A DNA stretch of 61,936 bases, counting the filler. It is 6 parts of 6 records of this genome, joined end to end, with 100 filler letters (N's around TTAATTAATTAA, not from the genome) between each part and the next. Parts side by side here need not be neighbours in the genome. Positions count along the whole stretch, not along the records: positions 48,322 to 56,555 come from SRR31156797_9931; positions 56,656 to 61,936 come from SRR31156797_10004; 4 more parts are not named here. The stretch is one strand, 5' to 3'. Shown here in pieces: positions 50,152 through 60,793 of the stretch; position 1 is the first letter of the stretch; every line of letters begins with the position of its first letter. The notes under the pieces are model-generated. The model did not search any database and was not told the origin of the DNA. It saw only the letters and a program-made list of their open reading frames with translations. Made by a program: the position numbers and the translations under genes.

Positions 50152-51090
50152 TTATTTTTTAATCGACTTAAAATACTTCATAAACTCTGAATCCGTTGAA
50201 AGAACAAGGGTGCTCGATTTATCGAGGGCCTTCTTGTAAACATCAAGCGTCCTGACAAACGAATAAAATTCAGGGTCCACTCCATATCCCGATGCATAGA
50301 TCTCGGTGGCCTCGGCATCCGCCTTACCCTTGATTTCCTGGGCAGTCTTGTACGCCTCGGACCTTATCAGCTGCAGTTCCTTCTCCTTATCACCCCGTAT
50401 GTTGCTGGCCTCACCCCGGCCTTCAGAACGATACTTTTCCGCAATCTGCTTTCGCTCGGCAATCATTCGTCCGTAAACCGCGGACTGTACTTTCTCAACA
50501 TAATTGATGCGCTTGATCTTGACATCCACAAGTTCGATGCCGAAGGGCTCAAGCTTGGGCTGGGCCTGTTCCAGGATCTTCCGGGTGATTTCACTTCGGC
50601 CCACCTTGATCCCGTACCGGGAGGGCTTCTCCCCATCCTTGCCGTCGAGGACGTCCGCTTCCATGGGCCGGTCACTGTTCCGAACAGTCTCGATCAGGCG
50701 ATAGGAGGTCAGGAAGTTCCGCATGGCCGGATCGATGATGTCATCCAGGCGCCCCAGGGCACTCACCATGTTGTTCACGGTCTGGAAATATTTCACAGGG
50801 TCAACGATCTTCCACCTGGCAAAGGTGTCGACCCAGAGAAAGGTCTTGTCCTTGGTGGGAACCTGCCCCGGATCCCCGTCCCACTCCTGGAGATTTTTCG
50901 GAAAATAGGTGGCGGTCTGAATAAAGGGGATCTTGAAATTCAATCCCGGTTCTGTCACAGGTGTGCCGACCACTTTTCCAAACTGGGTGACCACCGCCTG
51001 CTCTGTCTCGTCAACAACATAGGCCGAAGCAAACAGGACAACGGCGGCCAGGGCCACCACTCCAACAACGACTCCTTTAAACTTTATCAT
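50152..51090 (-). CDS. hflC: FtsH modulator HflC
   Basis: VVTQFGK..PGLNFKIPF, VYGRMIAER, DPEFYSFVRTL. Confidence 0.94.
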   Translation of the reverse strand: MIKFKGVVVGVVALAAVVLFASAYVVDETEQAVVTQFGKVVGTPVTEPGLNFKIPFIQTATYFPKNLQEWDGDPGQVPTKDKTFLWVDTFARWKIVDPVKYFQTVNNMVSALGRLDDIIDPAMRNFLTSYRLIETVRNSDRPMEADVLDGKDGEKPSRYGIKVGRSEITRKILEQAQPKLEPFGIELVDVKIKRINYVEKVQSAVYGRMIAERKQIAEKYRSEGRGEASNIRGDKEKELQLIRSEAYKTAQEIKGKADAEATEIYASGYGVDPEFYSFVRTLDVYKKALDKSSTLVLSTDSEFMKYFKSIKK

Positions 51091-52166
51091 TTTCTGGCAC
51101 CCTCTCCCTTGAGTCCATCGTTAAGCGTCCCTCCACCGCCCATGTTGAGCAGGGGAAGCAGGTTCGACTGTTCCGAATCAACAACATATTTCTTTCCAAG
51201 CTTTGGCAGAACCTCGGCCATGGACTCGAGATAGAGACGCTTTTCCGTGACATCCTTTGCCTTGACATACTCCTGATAAACAGCGGTAAACCTTGCCACG
51301 TCACCCTTGGCGCGGTTGACCCGGTCCAGGGCATACCCTTCCGCATCCTTGACCACCCGTTTCGCCTCACCCCTGGCAGCGGGAATCGCCTTGTTCTGCT
51401 CTTCCTTTGCCTTGTAGATGAGCTGTTCCTTCTCCTGAACCGCCTCGTTGACCTCGTTGAAAGAGGGCTGCACCGGCTCCGGCACGTTGGTCTTCTTCAT
51501 CTCGATGGTCACGATGTGGATACCTGTTTCCGCCTGTTTCATCTCCTCCTGGAGCCGGTCCTTGGCTGCGATGGCGATCTCTTCACGCTTGGAGATCACC
51601 TCGTCGATGCTACGGTCACCCACCACGGTCCGCATGGTTGCCTCGGCCATGTCCCTGAGGATGGAATTCACATCCTTGACCTTAAACAGGTAATTATAAG
51701 GATCCGAAATCCTGTACTGAACGATCCAGGGCACCACGGCGACATTGAGATCGCCGGTGAGCATCAGGGCCGCCCCCAGATCCTCGTTGTCATTGGAGAA
51801 CCTTGAGGTGCTGAAGCTCTTTGTCCTGAAACCGAACTCCTCCTTATAGATCCGCTTGATCTTGACTTTTGTCACACGTTCGATGCCCGATGGAAATTTA
51901 AAATTCAAACCCGGCTGGCTGATGCGGTCATACTTGCCAAACCGCTGGATCACGCCGACTTCGTCCACTCCCACGGTGAAAAACATGGAACTTCCAAAAA
52001 AGAGAAAAAAGAGGACGACGATCAGCAGAATCCCGCCGGGGAACCTGAAATGTTTAAACTTATTCAGAACATCATCCACCTGAGGAGGCTTTGGTATGCC
52101 GCCGCCGCTCCGACTCTGCTCGTACTTTTCCTGTTTTTCTCTGAGCTTATCCCAATCCCAGTTCAT
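51087..52166 (-). CDS. hflK: FtsH modulator HflK
   Basis: MLTGDLN, IPAARGEA, RLYLESM. Start MNWDW at 52166 preferred. Confidence 0.94.
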   Translation of the reverse strand: MNWDWDKLREKQEKYEQSRSGGGIPKPPQVDDVLNKFKHFRFPGGILLIVVLFFLFFGSSMFFTVGVDEVGVIQRFGKYDRISQPGLNFKFPSGIERVTKVKIKRIYKEEFGFRTKSFSTSRFSNDNEDLGAALMLTGDLNVAVVPWIVQYRISDPYNYLFKVKDVNSILRDMAEATMRTVVGDRSIDEVISKREEIAIAAKDRLQEEMKQAETGIHIVTIEMKKTNVPEPVQPSFNEVNEAVQEKEQLIYKAKEEQNKAIPAARGEAKRVVKDAEGYALDRVNRAKGDVARFTAVYQEYVKAKDVTEKRLYLESMAEVLPKLGKKYVVDSEQSNLLPLLNMGGGGTLNDGLKGEGARK

Positions 52167-52336
52167 AAATAGATTCCTATCATGGTTGTTTTTTTTAACA
52201 TAAAAAAAGACGTTCTTGAGTATGTCAGAATACAGCAATGCTAATATTTTTCAAGGAAAAAACACCAAATCGAAACGCCATGGCATTGCCCCGCCCGGGC
52301 GGCTTTCTCCCCCTGTCCGCCCCCCTGATATTCCTC

Positions 52337-52365
52337 TTGACTTCTTGTTTTTCCAGGGATAGGTT
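52337..52365 (+). promoter_or_regulatory. sigma70-type promoter, -10 ending 6 nt before the ATG
   Basis: TTGACT-N17-TAGGTT-N6-ATG(52372). Confidence 0.5.
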
Positions 52366-52371
52366 TTCCCA

Positions 52372-53640
52372 ATGACCGAGCGCCATGACAACAAGGATAC
52401 GTTGATAACCCTGAATAAGAAGGGGGCTGACAGCTACACCAAGATCAGCTTTCCCGTCCGGTACGGGGTCTACTCGGAAATAAAAACCCGGGATGCGACC
52501 CTGCACTTCAATCTCAACCAGGAGATCGTCCGGGCCGTCGGCAGGACCCGCCAGTGGATCCACCCCAACGAATGGCTCAAGCATACCCGGGGCGACGACT
52601 GGGTATACTACTCCAACGGAGGATACACCGGCGTCTTCGAGGCCACCGGCGAGTACTACCTGCCCAACCTCCAATACCCGACAAACGCCATCATCGGGGG
52701 TAAACCCTTTAAGGAGCCCGCCGTAAAGCACCTTACCGACGACTGGCACCAGACCCTCCTCGAAATCAGGGAATCGGTAAACGGGGTGCCCTCCCCGGTG
52801 GGCCGATTTCTGGACCAGGCCTGCGCCAACACCCCCGATATCCTGAAAAAACGCGCCCAGCGGCTGTTCGAAATATCCGGCGGAAGGGTCACTGTCATGC
52901 CCCCGGATGCCCGGCATGTGGACTACGACATCATCCCCCTGACCATCTCCCTGGGCTGCCTCTACAAATGCCGGTTCTGCCGAATCAAGACCGACCAGCC
53001 CTTTGCCCTGAAAACAAGGGAGGAGATTACCGGGCAGATCCTGGCTCTCAAGGAGCTATATAATAAGGACATCGCCAACTACAACTCCGTGTTTTTAGGG
53101 GAGCACGACGCCCTTGCCGCCGGCAGGGACCTGATCGTGTTCGCGGCCGAACAAGCCCTGGAGATCCTGGGCCTTGACCGCTCCAACCTTGACGGAAGCA
53201 ATCTCTTTCTCTTCGGCAGCGTGGATTCCCTGCTCAATACCGACCCCGAACTGTTTGACCGGCTCAACCGCCTCTTCTCCAACACCTACATCAACATCGG
53301 GCTTGAATCGGCGGACCAGGAAACCCTGGACCAACTGGGAAAACCCATCACCGTTGCCAAGGTGGAACAGGCCTTTGAAACCATCCAGGCCATCAACCAC
53401 AGGTATCCCAACATCGAGATCACATCCAACTTTATCATGGACGAGCGTTTGCCGGCGGGCCACTATCCGTCCTTTTTGAAACTTGTCAGGGAAAATCTGC
53501 CCCATGAAAAACCCAAGGGAACCGTCTACCTCTCCCCCCTAACCATCGACCGGCCGTCGAGGGCGATGGTGTTCGAGTTCAACCGCCTCAAGGTCCTGAG
53601 CCGCCTTCCCACCTTTCTCTACATCATCCAGCGGCTCTGA
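52372..53640 (+). CDS. Radical SAM protein with ~170-aa N-terminal domain
   Basis: CLYKCRFC (CX3CX2C), VFLGEHD, IGLESAD. Confidence 0.88.
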   Translation: MTERHDNKDTLITLNKKGADSYTKISFPVRYGVYSEIKTRDATLHFNLNQEIVRAVGRTRQWIHPNEWLKHTRGDDWVYYSNGGYTGVFEATGEYYLPNLQYPTNAIIGGKPFKEPAVKHLTDDWHQTLLEIRESVNGVPSPVGRFLDQACANTPDILKKRAQRLFEISGGRVTVMPPDARHVDYDIIPLTISLGCLYKCRFCRIKTDQPFALKTREEITGQILALKELYNKDIANYNSVFLGEHDALAAGRDLIVFAAEQALEILGLDRSNLDGSNLFLFGSVDSLLNTDPELFDRLNRLFSNTYINIGLESADQETLDQLGKPITVAKVEQAFETIQAINHRYPNIEITSNFIMDERLPAGHYPSFLKLVRENLPHEKPKGTVYLSPLTIDRPSRAMVFEFNRLKVLSRLPTFLYIIQRL

Positions 53641-53674
53641 AACGCCATTCCCCACTTGATTTAACAGGCAAGAG

Positions 53675-54559
53675 GTGATACCCCAACAGACCATGAAACC
53701 CATCGCATACGTATCCATACACGGAGGCCACAGCCGCCAGTTCTGCTTCCACGCAAGGGACAGGCTCGAGGAGATCATCAACCGCTACATTCAACTCGGC
53801 TTTGCCTGGGTCGGCATCACCGAGCATCTGCCCGCCCATGAGGAGCGGCTCAGGTACCCGGACGAGGCAGAGGCGAACCTTGACTGCGGGGATATGCTGG
53901 CCACCTTTGAGGCCTACATCCGGGAATGCAACCGCCTCAAGGAAAAATACAGAAACGAAATCCGCATATTCACGGCCTTTGAGACCGAAACCTATTCGGG
54001 CTACGAGACCGTTGTGCCCCAGATGGTGGCCAGACACCAACCCGATTACATCGTCGGCTCCCTCCACCATGTGGACGACCTGGGATTCGACTTTTCACGG
54101 GAGCAGTACCTTGACACGGCAGCCAGGCTCGGCGGCATTGACGCCCTTTACGAACGCTACTTTGACCAGCAGTTTGAGATGATCCGGGCCATCGATCCGG
54201 CGGTTGTAGGTCATTTTGACCTTATTCGGATCTTTGATGAAAATTATGAAACAAGGATAAAGCAGCCGCCCATCCGGCAGCGAATCGTGAGAAACCTGGA
54301 ACTGATCAAAGCCCGGGGAGCCGTCATGGACTACAACCTCCGGGCCCTTCTAAAGGGCGCAAGGGAACCGTATATAACAGCCCCCATCCTCGAGCTTGCC
54401 CGCAAAATGGAAATCCCGGTCATTCCGGGGGACGACTCCCACGGGGTTTCCGACATCGGCAAAAACATGGACCGGGCCGTTGAGACCCTGCATAGATTAG
54501 GATTTAACACCAACTGGAGCCTTCCCCGGCTCTATCAATGGAAGGAAGAAAAAGCATGA
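53675..54559 (+). CDS. PHP-family phosphatase (histidinol-phosphatase HisJ-like)
   Basis: HGGHS..FC.H, ITEH, GSLHH, GHFD, DDSH. Alternative start 53693. Confidence 0.88.
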   Translation: MIPQQTMKPIAYVSIHGGHSRQFCFHARDRLEEIINRYIQLGFAWVGITEHLPAHEERLRYPDEAEANLDCGDMLATFEAYIRECNRLKEKYRNEIRIFTAFETETYSGYETVVPQMVARHQPDYIVGSLHHVDDLGFDFSREQYLDTAARLGGIDALYERYFDQQFEMIRAIDPAVVGHFDLIRIFDENYETRIKQPPIRQRIVRNLELIKARGAVMDYNLRALLKGAREPYITAPILELARKMEIPVIPGDDSHGVSDIGKNMDRAVETLHRLGFNTNWSLPRLYQWKEEKA

Positions 54560-54999
54560 GAGCCGTCATACAGCGGGTCACCCGGGCAGAGGTCCGGGTG
54601 GACGATGAGATCACAGGCGCCATCCGGGCAGGACTTGTAGTGCTCCTGGGGGTGGAAGAAAACGATTCTGAAACAGACGCGGAGAAGCTCTGCGACAAGA
54701 TAACCAAGCTGCGGATCTTTGAGGATGAAAAGGGCAAGATGAACCTGTCCCTGACGGACATAAAAGGGGAGCTCCTGGTCATCTCCCAGTTCACCCTCAT
54801 GGCGGACTGCTCCCGGGGCAGGCGTCCTTCGTTTGTCAAGGCGGCCCCGCCTGAAATGGCCGAGGCCCTTTACAACCACTTTGTGGAAACCGGCAAAGGC
54901 ATGGGAATCACAACGGCAACGGGCAGGTTCCGCGCCATGATGGACGTGAGCCTCACCAACTCAGGCCCCGTGACCCTGATCCTTGACTCCAACGGATAG
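54556..54999 (+). CDS. dtd: D-aminoacyl-tRNA deacylase
   Basis: [25 protein letters not shown]. Confidence 0.96.
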   Translation: MRAVIQRVTRAEVRVDDEITGAIRAGLVVLLGVEENDSETDAEKLCDKITKLRIFEDEKGKMNLSLTDIKGELLVISQFTLMADCSRGRRPSFVKAAPPEMAEALYNHFVETGKGMGITTATGRFRAMMDVSLTNSGPVTLILDSNG

Positions 55000-55059
55000 A
55001 AAAGGGTAACCTGGAAACAGTCCCGGCCTTTGGTTGCAACAACAGTTCCAGGAGGCTCC

Positions 55060-56151
55060 ATGAAGGCGTTCGTCAAAGCCCTGGCCATTCCGGTGATGCT
55101 CATCCTGGCCATGCCCGTCGCCGGAACGGTTTTCTTTGGAAAACCCCTTGCGCCCTATCTTCATTTTCCGCCAAGGCCCGCGTATGAACCCCACGCACCG
55201 TTTTCACCGGACCTGTTCGTCCTGGGGCTGGCCTTTTGCCTGACCTTTGTTTCACCCTTTATCATCAAGGGCGTCAGATCCGGGCACGGGCTCAGTCGGA
55301 AACGGGGAACCCGGTTCCCCCTTCCCTGGTGGGGAAAGGGGGCGGGCCTGGGCCTGCTTCTCTTCTGGACCCTTGCCTGGACACGGTTTCCCTGGTTTGT
55401 CCCCCTCCAGGAGCACACCTTCTTTCCCCTGTGGCTCATGTTCATCCTCCTGGTGAACGGCCTCACCGTCAAAGCAACGGGATCCTGTCCCATGACAAAG
55501 GCGCCCGGACACTTTGCCATGCTCTTTCCGGTGAGCGCCCTCTTCTGGTGGATCTTTGAATTTCTCAACCGCTTTGTTTCCAACTGGTACTACACCGTCC
55601 CGGGCTACACACCGCTGAAATATTGCCTGCTTGCCACCCTCTCCTTTTCAACCGTGCTGCCGGCCGTGGCAAGTGTCCAGGCCCTGGTGGCCACCCGTCC
55701 GGTTTTCTGCTGGGGATTCAGCAACTTTTTCAGAACCGGGTTTGCCGGCTCAAAATCTTTTACCCTGGCCGCCCTTGTGACCTCTTGTATCTGCCTCTTT
55801 TTAATCGGAATCTACCCTGATTATCTTTTTTTCCTGGTGTGGATAGCGCCCTTTGTGATAATTGTAAGCGCCCGGAGCCTTGCAGGCAGCCGAACCTTCC
55901 TTGGGGAGACAACCAGGGGGGAATGGAACCTGGTGGTTTCCCATGCCCTTGCTGCACTGATATGCGGCTTTTTCTGGGAAATGTGGAACTATTACAGCCT
56001 TGCAAAGTGGCACTACTCGATTCCCTTTGTCCATGGGGTGAAAATTTTTGAGATGCCGGTCCTTGGATATTTCGGCTATCTTCCCTTTGGAATCGAGTGC
56101 GCCCTTGTTATTGAACTTGTTTTAAACAAATGGAACACCAATGAAAACTGA
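55060..56151 (+). CDS. Uncharacterised polytopic membrane protein
   Basis: About 9-10 hydrophobic segments. Paired motifs WWIFEFLN...NWYY and FFWEMWN...KWHY, then FEMPVLGY. Confidence 0.75.
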   Translation: MKAFVKALAIPVMLILAMPVAGTVFFGKPLAPYLHFPPRPAYEPHAPFSPDLFVLGLAFCLTFVSPFIIKGVRSGHGLSRKRGTRFPLPWWGKGAGLGLLLFWTLAWTRFPWFVPLQEHTFFPLWLMFILLVNGLTVKATGSCPMTKAPGHFAMLFPVSALFWWIFEFLNRFVSNWYYTVPGYTPLKYCLLATLSFSTVLPAVASVQALVATRPVFCWGFSNFFRTGFAGSKSFTLAALVTSCICLFLIGIYPDYLFFLVWIAPFVIIVSARSLAGSRTFLGETTRGEWNLVVSHALAALICGFFWEMWNYYSLAKWHYSIPFVHGVKIFEMPVLGYFGYLPFGIECALVIELVLNKWNTNEN

Positions 56152-56555
56152 CAACCTCGCCGTCGTGCTGGTGGAGCCCCAGGGCCCCCTCAATATCGGT
56201 TCTGTATGCAGGGCCATGATGAACTTTGGATTTTCGGACCTTCGCATTGTCAACCCATGCAAAGACTTTAACAATCTCAATGCCAGAAAGATGGCCCTGT
56301 CCGCCCTGCCCCTCCTGGAAAACGCCATGATCACGGACACCCTGGAAGAGGCCCTCAAGGACTGTCACCTGGCCTTTGGCACCACCCGGCGCTTTGGAAA
56401 GTACCGCCAGGATTTCCTTACCCCCCGGGGGTTCGGCGAAACCGTTGCCGCCCAGACCGACGAGACCCGGTGCGCCCTTGTCATGGGAAGGGAGGACAAC
56501 GGACTCTTCACTTCGGAGCTGAATCTGTGCCAGCACTTTGTCACCATCCCCACGG
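56141..56555 (+). CDS. trmJ: TrmJ/TrmH-family SPOUT RNA methyltransferase, 3' truncated
   Basis: VVLVEP..NIGSVCRAMMNFG, GREDNGL...EL. Confidence 0.88.
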
Positions 56556-56655
56556 NNNNNNNNNNNNNNNNNNNNNNNNNNNNNNNNNNNNNNNNNNNNT
56601 TAATTAATTAANNNNNNNNNNNNNNNNNNNNNNNNNNNNNNNNNNNNNNNNNNNN
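56556..56655. other. Artificial contig-joining spacer
   Basis: N44-TTAATTAATTAA-N44. Confidence 0.99.
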
Positions 56656-57180
56656 GGCAGGGGATTTGCCGTGGTGGCCAACGAGGTCAAGGCCCTTTCC
56701 AAGCAGACTGCAAAGGCCAGCAGCGATATCAGGGCAAAGGTGAAATTTATGCAGACCAGCACCAACACGGCCATTGCGGCAATCCAGGCCATTGCCGGAG
56801 TTGTCCGGGACGTGGACGGGATCATGGGGTCCATTGCCACGGCCGTTGGAGAGCAGACAAAAATAGTCAATGAAATTTCCAAGACCATCTCAAAGACAGC
56901 CGGGGATTCGGAAACCGTGGCGGAAAACATGGAGGAGCTTGTCCGGTTCGAGGAAGAAGTGAGCCGGGCGGTGGGGGAGGTGGCCCAGGCGTCCAAAGCC
57001 ATTGCCCGGCAGCTTGCCAAGGCCTCCGACGACAGTGAACAAATTCTGAAGACCATGGAGACCCTTAGCCTCAATGTGGAGAGCACGGCCCAGAGTTCCG
57101 AGAGCACCAAAAGGCAGGCAGGGGATCTTTCCGTGATCGCCCGGAATCTTGAAGCCTTGATGGCGGAGTTCAAGATCTGA
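56656..57180 (+). CDS. Methyl-accepting chemotaxis protein, C-terminal fragment
   Basis: [15 protein letters not shown] read from the contig edge. Confidence 0.92.
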   Translation, partial: GRGFAVVANEVKALSKQTAKASSDIRAKVKFMQTSTNTAIAAIQAIAGVVRDVDGIMGSIATAVGEQTKIVNEISKTISKTAGDSETVAENMEELVRFEEEVSRAVGEVAQASKAIARQLAKASDDSEQILKTMETLSLNVESTAQSSESTKRQAGDLSVIARNLEALMAEFKI

Positions 57181-57206
57181 TAGACAGCAGCAGGAGGACG
57201 AAACCG

Positions 57207-57671
57207 GTGATGGGGGGCAACAACGGTTCAGGCAAAAGGGGGGGGCAGTTTATCCGGTTCACCATCGGCGGGCTTTCCATGGGAATCGATATCCTGGGGG
57301 TCAGGGAGGTGACCGTCATATCCAGGATTACCCCGGTCCAGCATGCGCCCGCCTTTCTCAGGGGGCTGATCAACCTCCGGGGACAGCCGGTGACGGTGGT
57401 GGACCTTGGCATGAAACCCGGCAGGCAAGAGACCGGGCATACCCATGTCATTGTCCTGAAAAAAGCCCATGTGGGGATACTGGTTGACACCGTCGGGGAG
57501 ATCATCTCCGTGCCCGGGGGGGAGGTCGAACCTGTGCCTTCCGGCATGGATGTCACCGGGATCGACGCCATTGGCGGTGTGGTCAGGCAGGGCCATGACA
57601 CCATGTTCATCGTCTCCCCGGAGCGGCTCCTGGGGGCCATGGCGACCCCCCCCGGCGGAGCAAAGGATTGA
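57207..57671 (+). CDS. cheW: CheW coupling protein
   Basis: GIDILGVREV, GLINLRGQPVTVVDL, GILVDTV. Confidence 0.92.
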   Translation: MMGGNNGSGKRGGQFIRFTIGGLSMGIDILGVREVTVISRITPVQHAPAFLRGLINLRGQPVTVVDLGMKPGRQETGHTHVIVLKKAHVGILVDTVGEIISVPGGEVEPVPSGMDVTGIDAIGGVVRQGHDTMFIVSPERLLGAMATPPGGAKD

Positions 57672-60289
57672 CCGTGGCAGGCTCCCAGGATCTGCCCCCG
57701 GACGCTGCCAGGGAGTTCATTGCCGATATTCGGGATGACCTGGAGCAGCTGGAATCCGACCTTCTGGCCATGGAGGAGCTGGGGGGTAATGTAAGCTATG
57801 ATCTTGTCAACAACGCCTTCAGGGCCGTTCACAGCATCAAGGGGGGGGCCGGGTTCTCCGGGCTCACCGGCCTTGGCGATCTTGCCCACTCCATGGAAAA
57901 CGTGCTCATGGCGTTGAGGGAGAACCGGATTTCACTGGTCTTTCCCGTGCCGGATGTCCTGCTGGCGGGTCTTGACTGGATGAAAACCATGTTGGTTGCC
58001 CTGGATTCCGGCATCCAGCCTTCATATGAAAAGGAAAAACGGGCTCTGGAGACCCTGATTTCATCCCCTGGAGGGGGTGCCCATTCCGGGCGATCCGATC
58101 CTTCCCCGGCGGACCGGCTGGTGCATCTGCTGGATCCGGATGTTCTCAAGGAGGCTGTGGCCCGGGGAAAGCTGATCCATGCTGTTGAATTCGATCCCCA
58201 GCAGGATTTTGTGACTAAAAACCGGCAGGTCCGGGAGCTGTTAACGGATATCGAGGCCATCGGAGAACTGATTTTTGCCGATTTCGATCAGGCCACGGCA
58301 CCCGAGTCCCTTGACCCGGGCCATGGGCCCCTTACGGCGGTGATTGCCACCATTCTGGATCCTGAGTTCCTTGCCCAGGTGCTTGAGGTGGAATCCAGCC
58401 GGATCATTCCCCTTGACCCGGACGCCATGGTATCACCGGAACCCGATACCCAGGACCCAGTCCCATCCGAAGCCCCGGGAAAGACCATGGCCGGCCCCTC
58501 TTTACCGGATGTAGAGCCCCAGGCCCTGCCCGCCGCCACCATCCGGGTCAATGTGGAACTGATCACCCGGCTGATGAACCTTGCCGGCGAGCTCGTGCTG
58601 GGCCGTAATCAGCTTCGGTCCCTGCTGGAGGGGCATGCGCTTCAGGATGCCGGGTTCAACCAAGTGATGCAGACCCTCAATACGGTGAGCTCCCTGATCC
58701 AGGAAGATATCATGCGGTTGCGGATGCAGCCCTTTGGCCGGCTTGTTTCAAGGTTCAGGAGGATTGTCCGGGACCTTGCAAAAAGCCTTGATAAAGAGGT
58801 GGATCTTCTGGTGGAGGGCGGGGAGGTGGAGTTGGACAAGGGTGTATTGGAGGGCCTTGCCAATCCCTTTACCCATCTGGTGAGAAATTGTGTCGACCAC
58901 GGCATTGAAATGCCTGATCTCAGGACAAGGGCAGGCAAGCCACCCAGGGGTACCATTCGGATAAGGGTGCATCAACAGGGGGGGCATATCCATGTCTGTA
59001 TCCAGGACGACGGCCGGGGCATCGATCCCGATGCCATTGGGGCCGCTGCCGTTGACAAAGGCCTTGTCACCCGGGAGGCGGTCCTCTCCATGACGGACAA
59101 GGAGAAGGTCAGCCTGGTGTTCACGCCCGGTTTTTCCACCTCAAAGACCGTCACCGATCTGTCCGGCCGGGGGGTGGGAATGGATGTGGTCAAGACCAAT
59201 ATCGAGAACCTCAGGGGGCGGATCGGGATTGAGTCGACCCCGGGCCGGGGCACCCGGGTTCGGATCACCATTCCCCTGACCCTTGCCATTGTTTCCGCCC
59301 TGATTGTCGGAACCGGCGGGCTCGCCTTCGTCATTCCCCAGATGCAGATCCAGGAGGTTTTTCATTTAAAACCGGGGGAGCTTAAAACCTGCGTGGAAAG
59401 GGTGGGGGGCGCCGATGTCATCGGTTTCCGGGGCGGGTTGCTGCCGGTGGTGAGACTAAGGACCCTTCTTGAGATGGAAACATGTTATTTTGATGCCAAC
59501 ACCCGCCAGGAGCAGAGGGAGCGCCGGTCCGCCATTTTCGATCCAAGAAAGGGAAGGGATCGGCGCAGGCAGCCCTGGGGGGCCGTTTTTGTGATCGTGC
59601 TCAAACACGGGGCCAACCGCTTCGGGCTGCTCGTTGAAGCGCTTTTCGACACCGAGGAGATCGTTGTCATCCCCCTGGGGCCGGGCCTGGAAAACTGCCC
59701 CTGTTTCAGCGGTTCCACCTTTATGGGAGACAGGGGAGTGATCATGATCCTGGACGCCCCGGGCATGGCAGACCATGCCAGCCTGGGATATGAGGCGGTG
59801 ACCCGGGAGGAAAGGCGGCGCCGGGCGGAAAAGGAGGGGGATAAAGAACTAGGGCTATGCCCTGTGAATCTGATGCTTTTCTCCTTTGCCCCTGACGACT
59901 GGTTTGCCGTTCCACTGGAGGCCCTGGCCCGGCTTGAAGCGATCCGGCCCCTTGATATCCGCACCCGTGGGCAATACCGGTTCATGGATTACAAGGGGAA
60001 AACCATACCCCTTTTTTTTCTGGATGAAATCATTCCGGTGGCATCCTGGGACCCCAATGGCGGTCAGCTGCACGTGCTCGTTCCCAGGAGGCCCGTTGCT
60101 CCCGCAGGCATTGTGGTGGGACCGGTCATGGATACGGAGGCGTTTTGTGAACCGGTGGACACAGCCCCCCCCCAAGTACCCGGAATCAGGGGGACAGCCA
60201 TTATCGGTAATAAACGGGTGCGGTTCCTGAACATGGACCAAATTTCCAGGCGGATGGAAATACTGGTAAAAGCGGCCGGTTACGTGTAA
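57668..60289 (+). CDS. cheA: Chemotaxis histidine kinase CheA with two CheW-like domains
   Basis: FRAVHSIKG, LMNLAGELV, HLVRNCVDHG, DDGRG, GRGVGMDVV. Confidence 0.94.
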   Translation: MTVAGSQDLPPDAAREFIADIRDDLEQLESDLLAMEELGGNVSYDLVNNAFRAVHSIKGGAGFSGLTGLGDLAHSMENVLMALRENRISLVFPVPDVLLAGLDWMKTMLVALDSGIQPSYEKEKRALETLISSPGGGAHSGRSDPSPADRLVHLLDPDVLKEAVARGKLIHAVEFDPQQDFVTKNRQVRELLTDIEAIGELIFADFDQATAPESLDPGHGPLTAVIATILDPEFLAQVLEVESSRIIPLDPDAMVSPEPDTQDPVPSEAPGKTMAGPSLPDVEPQALPAATIRVNVELITRLMNLAGELVLGRNQLRSLLEGHALQDAGFNQVMQTLNTVSSLIQEDIMRLRMQPFGRLVSRFRRIVRDLAKSLDKEVDLLVEGGEVELDKGVLEGLANPFTHLVRNCVDHGIEMPDLRTRAGKPPRGTIRIRVHQQGGHIHVCIQDDGRGIDPDAIGAAAVDKGLVTREAVLSMTDKEKVSLVFTPGFSTSKTVTDLSGRGVGMDVVKTNIENLRGRIGIESTPGRGTRVRITIPLTLAIVSALIVGTGGLAFVIPQMQIQEVFHLKPGELKTCVERVGGADVIGFRGGLLPVVRLRTLLEMETCYFDANTRQEQRERRSAIFDPRKGRDRRRQPWGAVFVIVLKHGANRFGLLVEALFDTEEIVVIPLGPGLENCPCFSGSTFMGDRGVIMILDAPGMADHASLGYEAVTREERRRRAEKEGDKELGLCPVNLMLFSFAPDDWFAVPLEALARLEAIRPLDIRTRGQYRFMDYKGKTIPLFFLDEIIPVASWDPNGGQLHVLVPRRPVAPAGIVVGPVMDTEAFCEPVDTAPPQVPGIRGTAIIGNKRVRFLNMDQISRRMEILVKAAGYV

Positions 60290-60330
60290 ATAAGGCCTAT
60301 GGGGAAAGCCTGAAACATAAGGAGGCGTGT

Positions 60331-60729
60331 ATGAAGTTTCTTGTTGTGGATGACAAGGCGTCTGTTCGTTCAGCCATGGTGGATATCCTGGCCGAACTCG
60401 GATTCAAGGATGTGACCGCGGCCGTGGACGGCAGCGATGCCTGGTTCAAGTTAAAGGCGGAGTTTGAAGGGGTGCAGCCCGAAAAATACGATCTCGTCAT
60501 CTCCGACATGGAGATGCCCGAGATGTCTGGCCTGGACCTGCTGAAGGCCGTGAGGGGGGATAAGGACCTGAAGGAGACCCCCTTTATCATGGTGACGAGC
60601 ATCAACACCAAAGACACGATTCTTGCGATCATGAAGCTCGGGATCAAGGCCTACATCATCAAGCCCTTTACCATGGAGTCCGTGGCCGCCAAACTTGCCC
60701 AGGCCGGGTTCTTGAAGAAGAAGGCTTGA
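60331..60729 (+). CDS. cheY: CheY-like single-domain response regulator
   Basis: LVVDD, ISDMEMPEMSG, MVT, YIIKPF. Confidence 0.88.
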   Translation: MKFLVVDDKASVRSAMVDILAELGFKDVTAAVDGSDAWFKLKAEFEGVQPEKYDLVISDMEMPEMSGLDLLKAVRGDKDLKETPFIMVTSINTKDTILAIMKLGIKAYIIKPFTMESVAAKLAQAGFLKKKA

Positions 60730-60793
60730 CAATGGGCGATTTAAGCATGATTTTTGACGGAACTGCCAATATCCGGCAGATTACTCAAAAACA

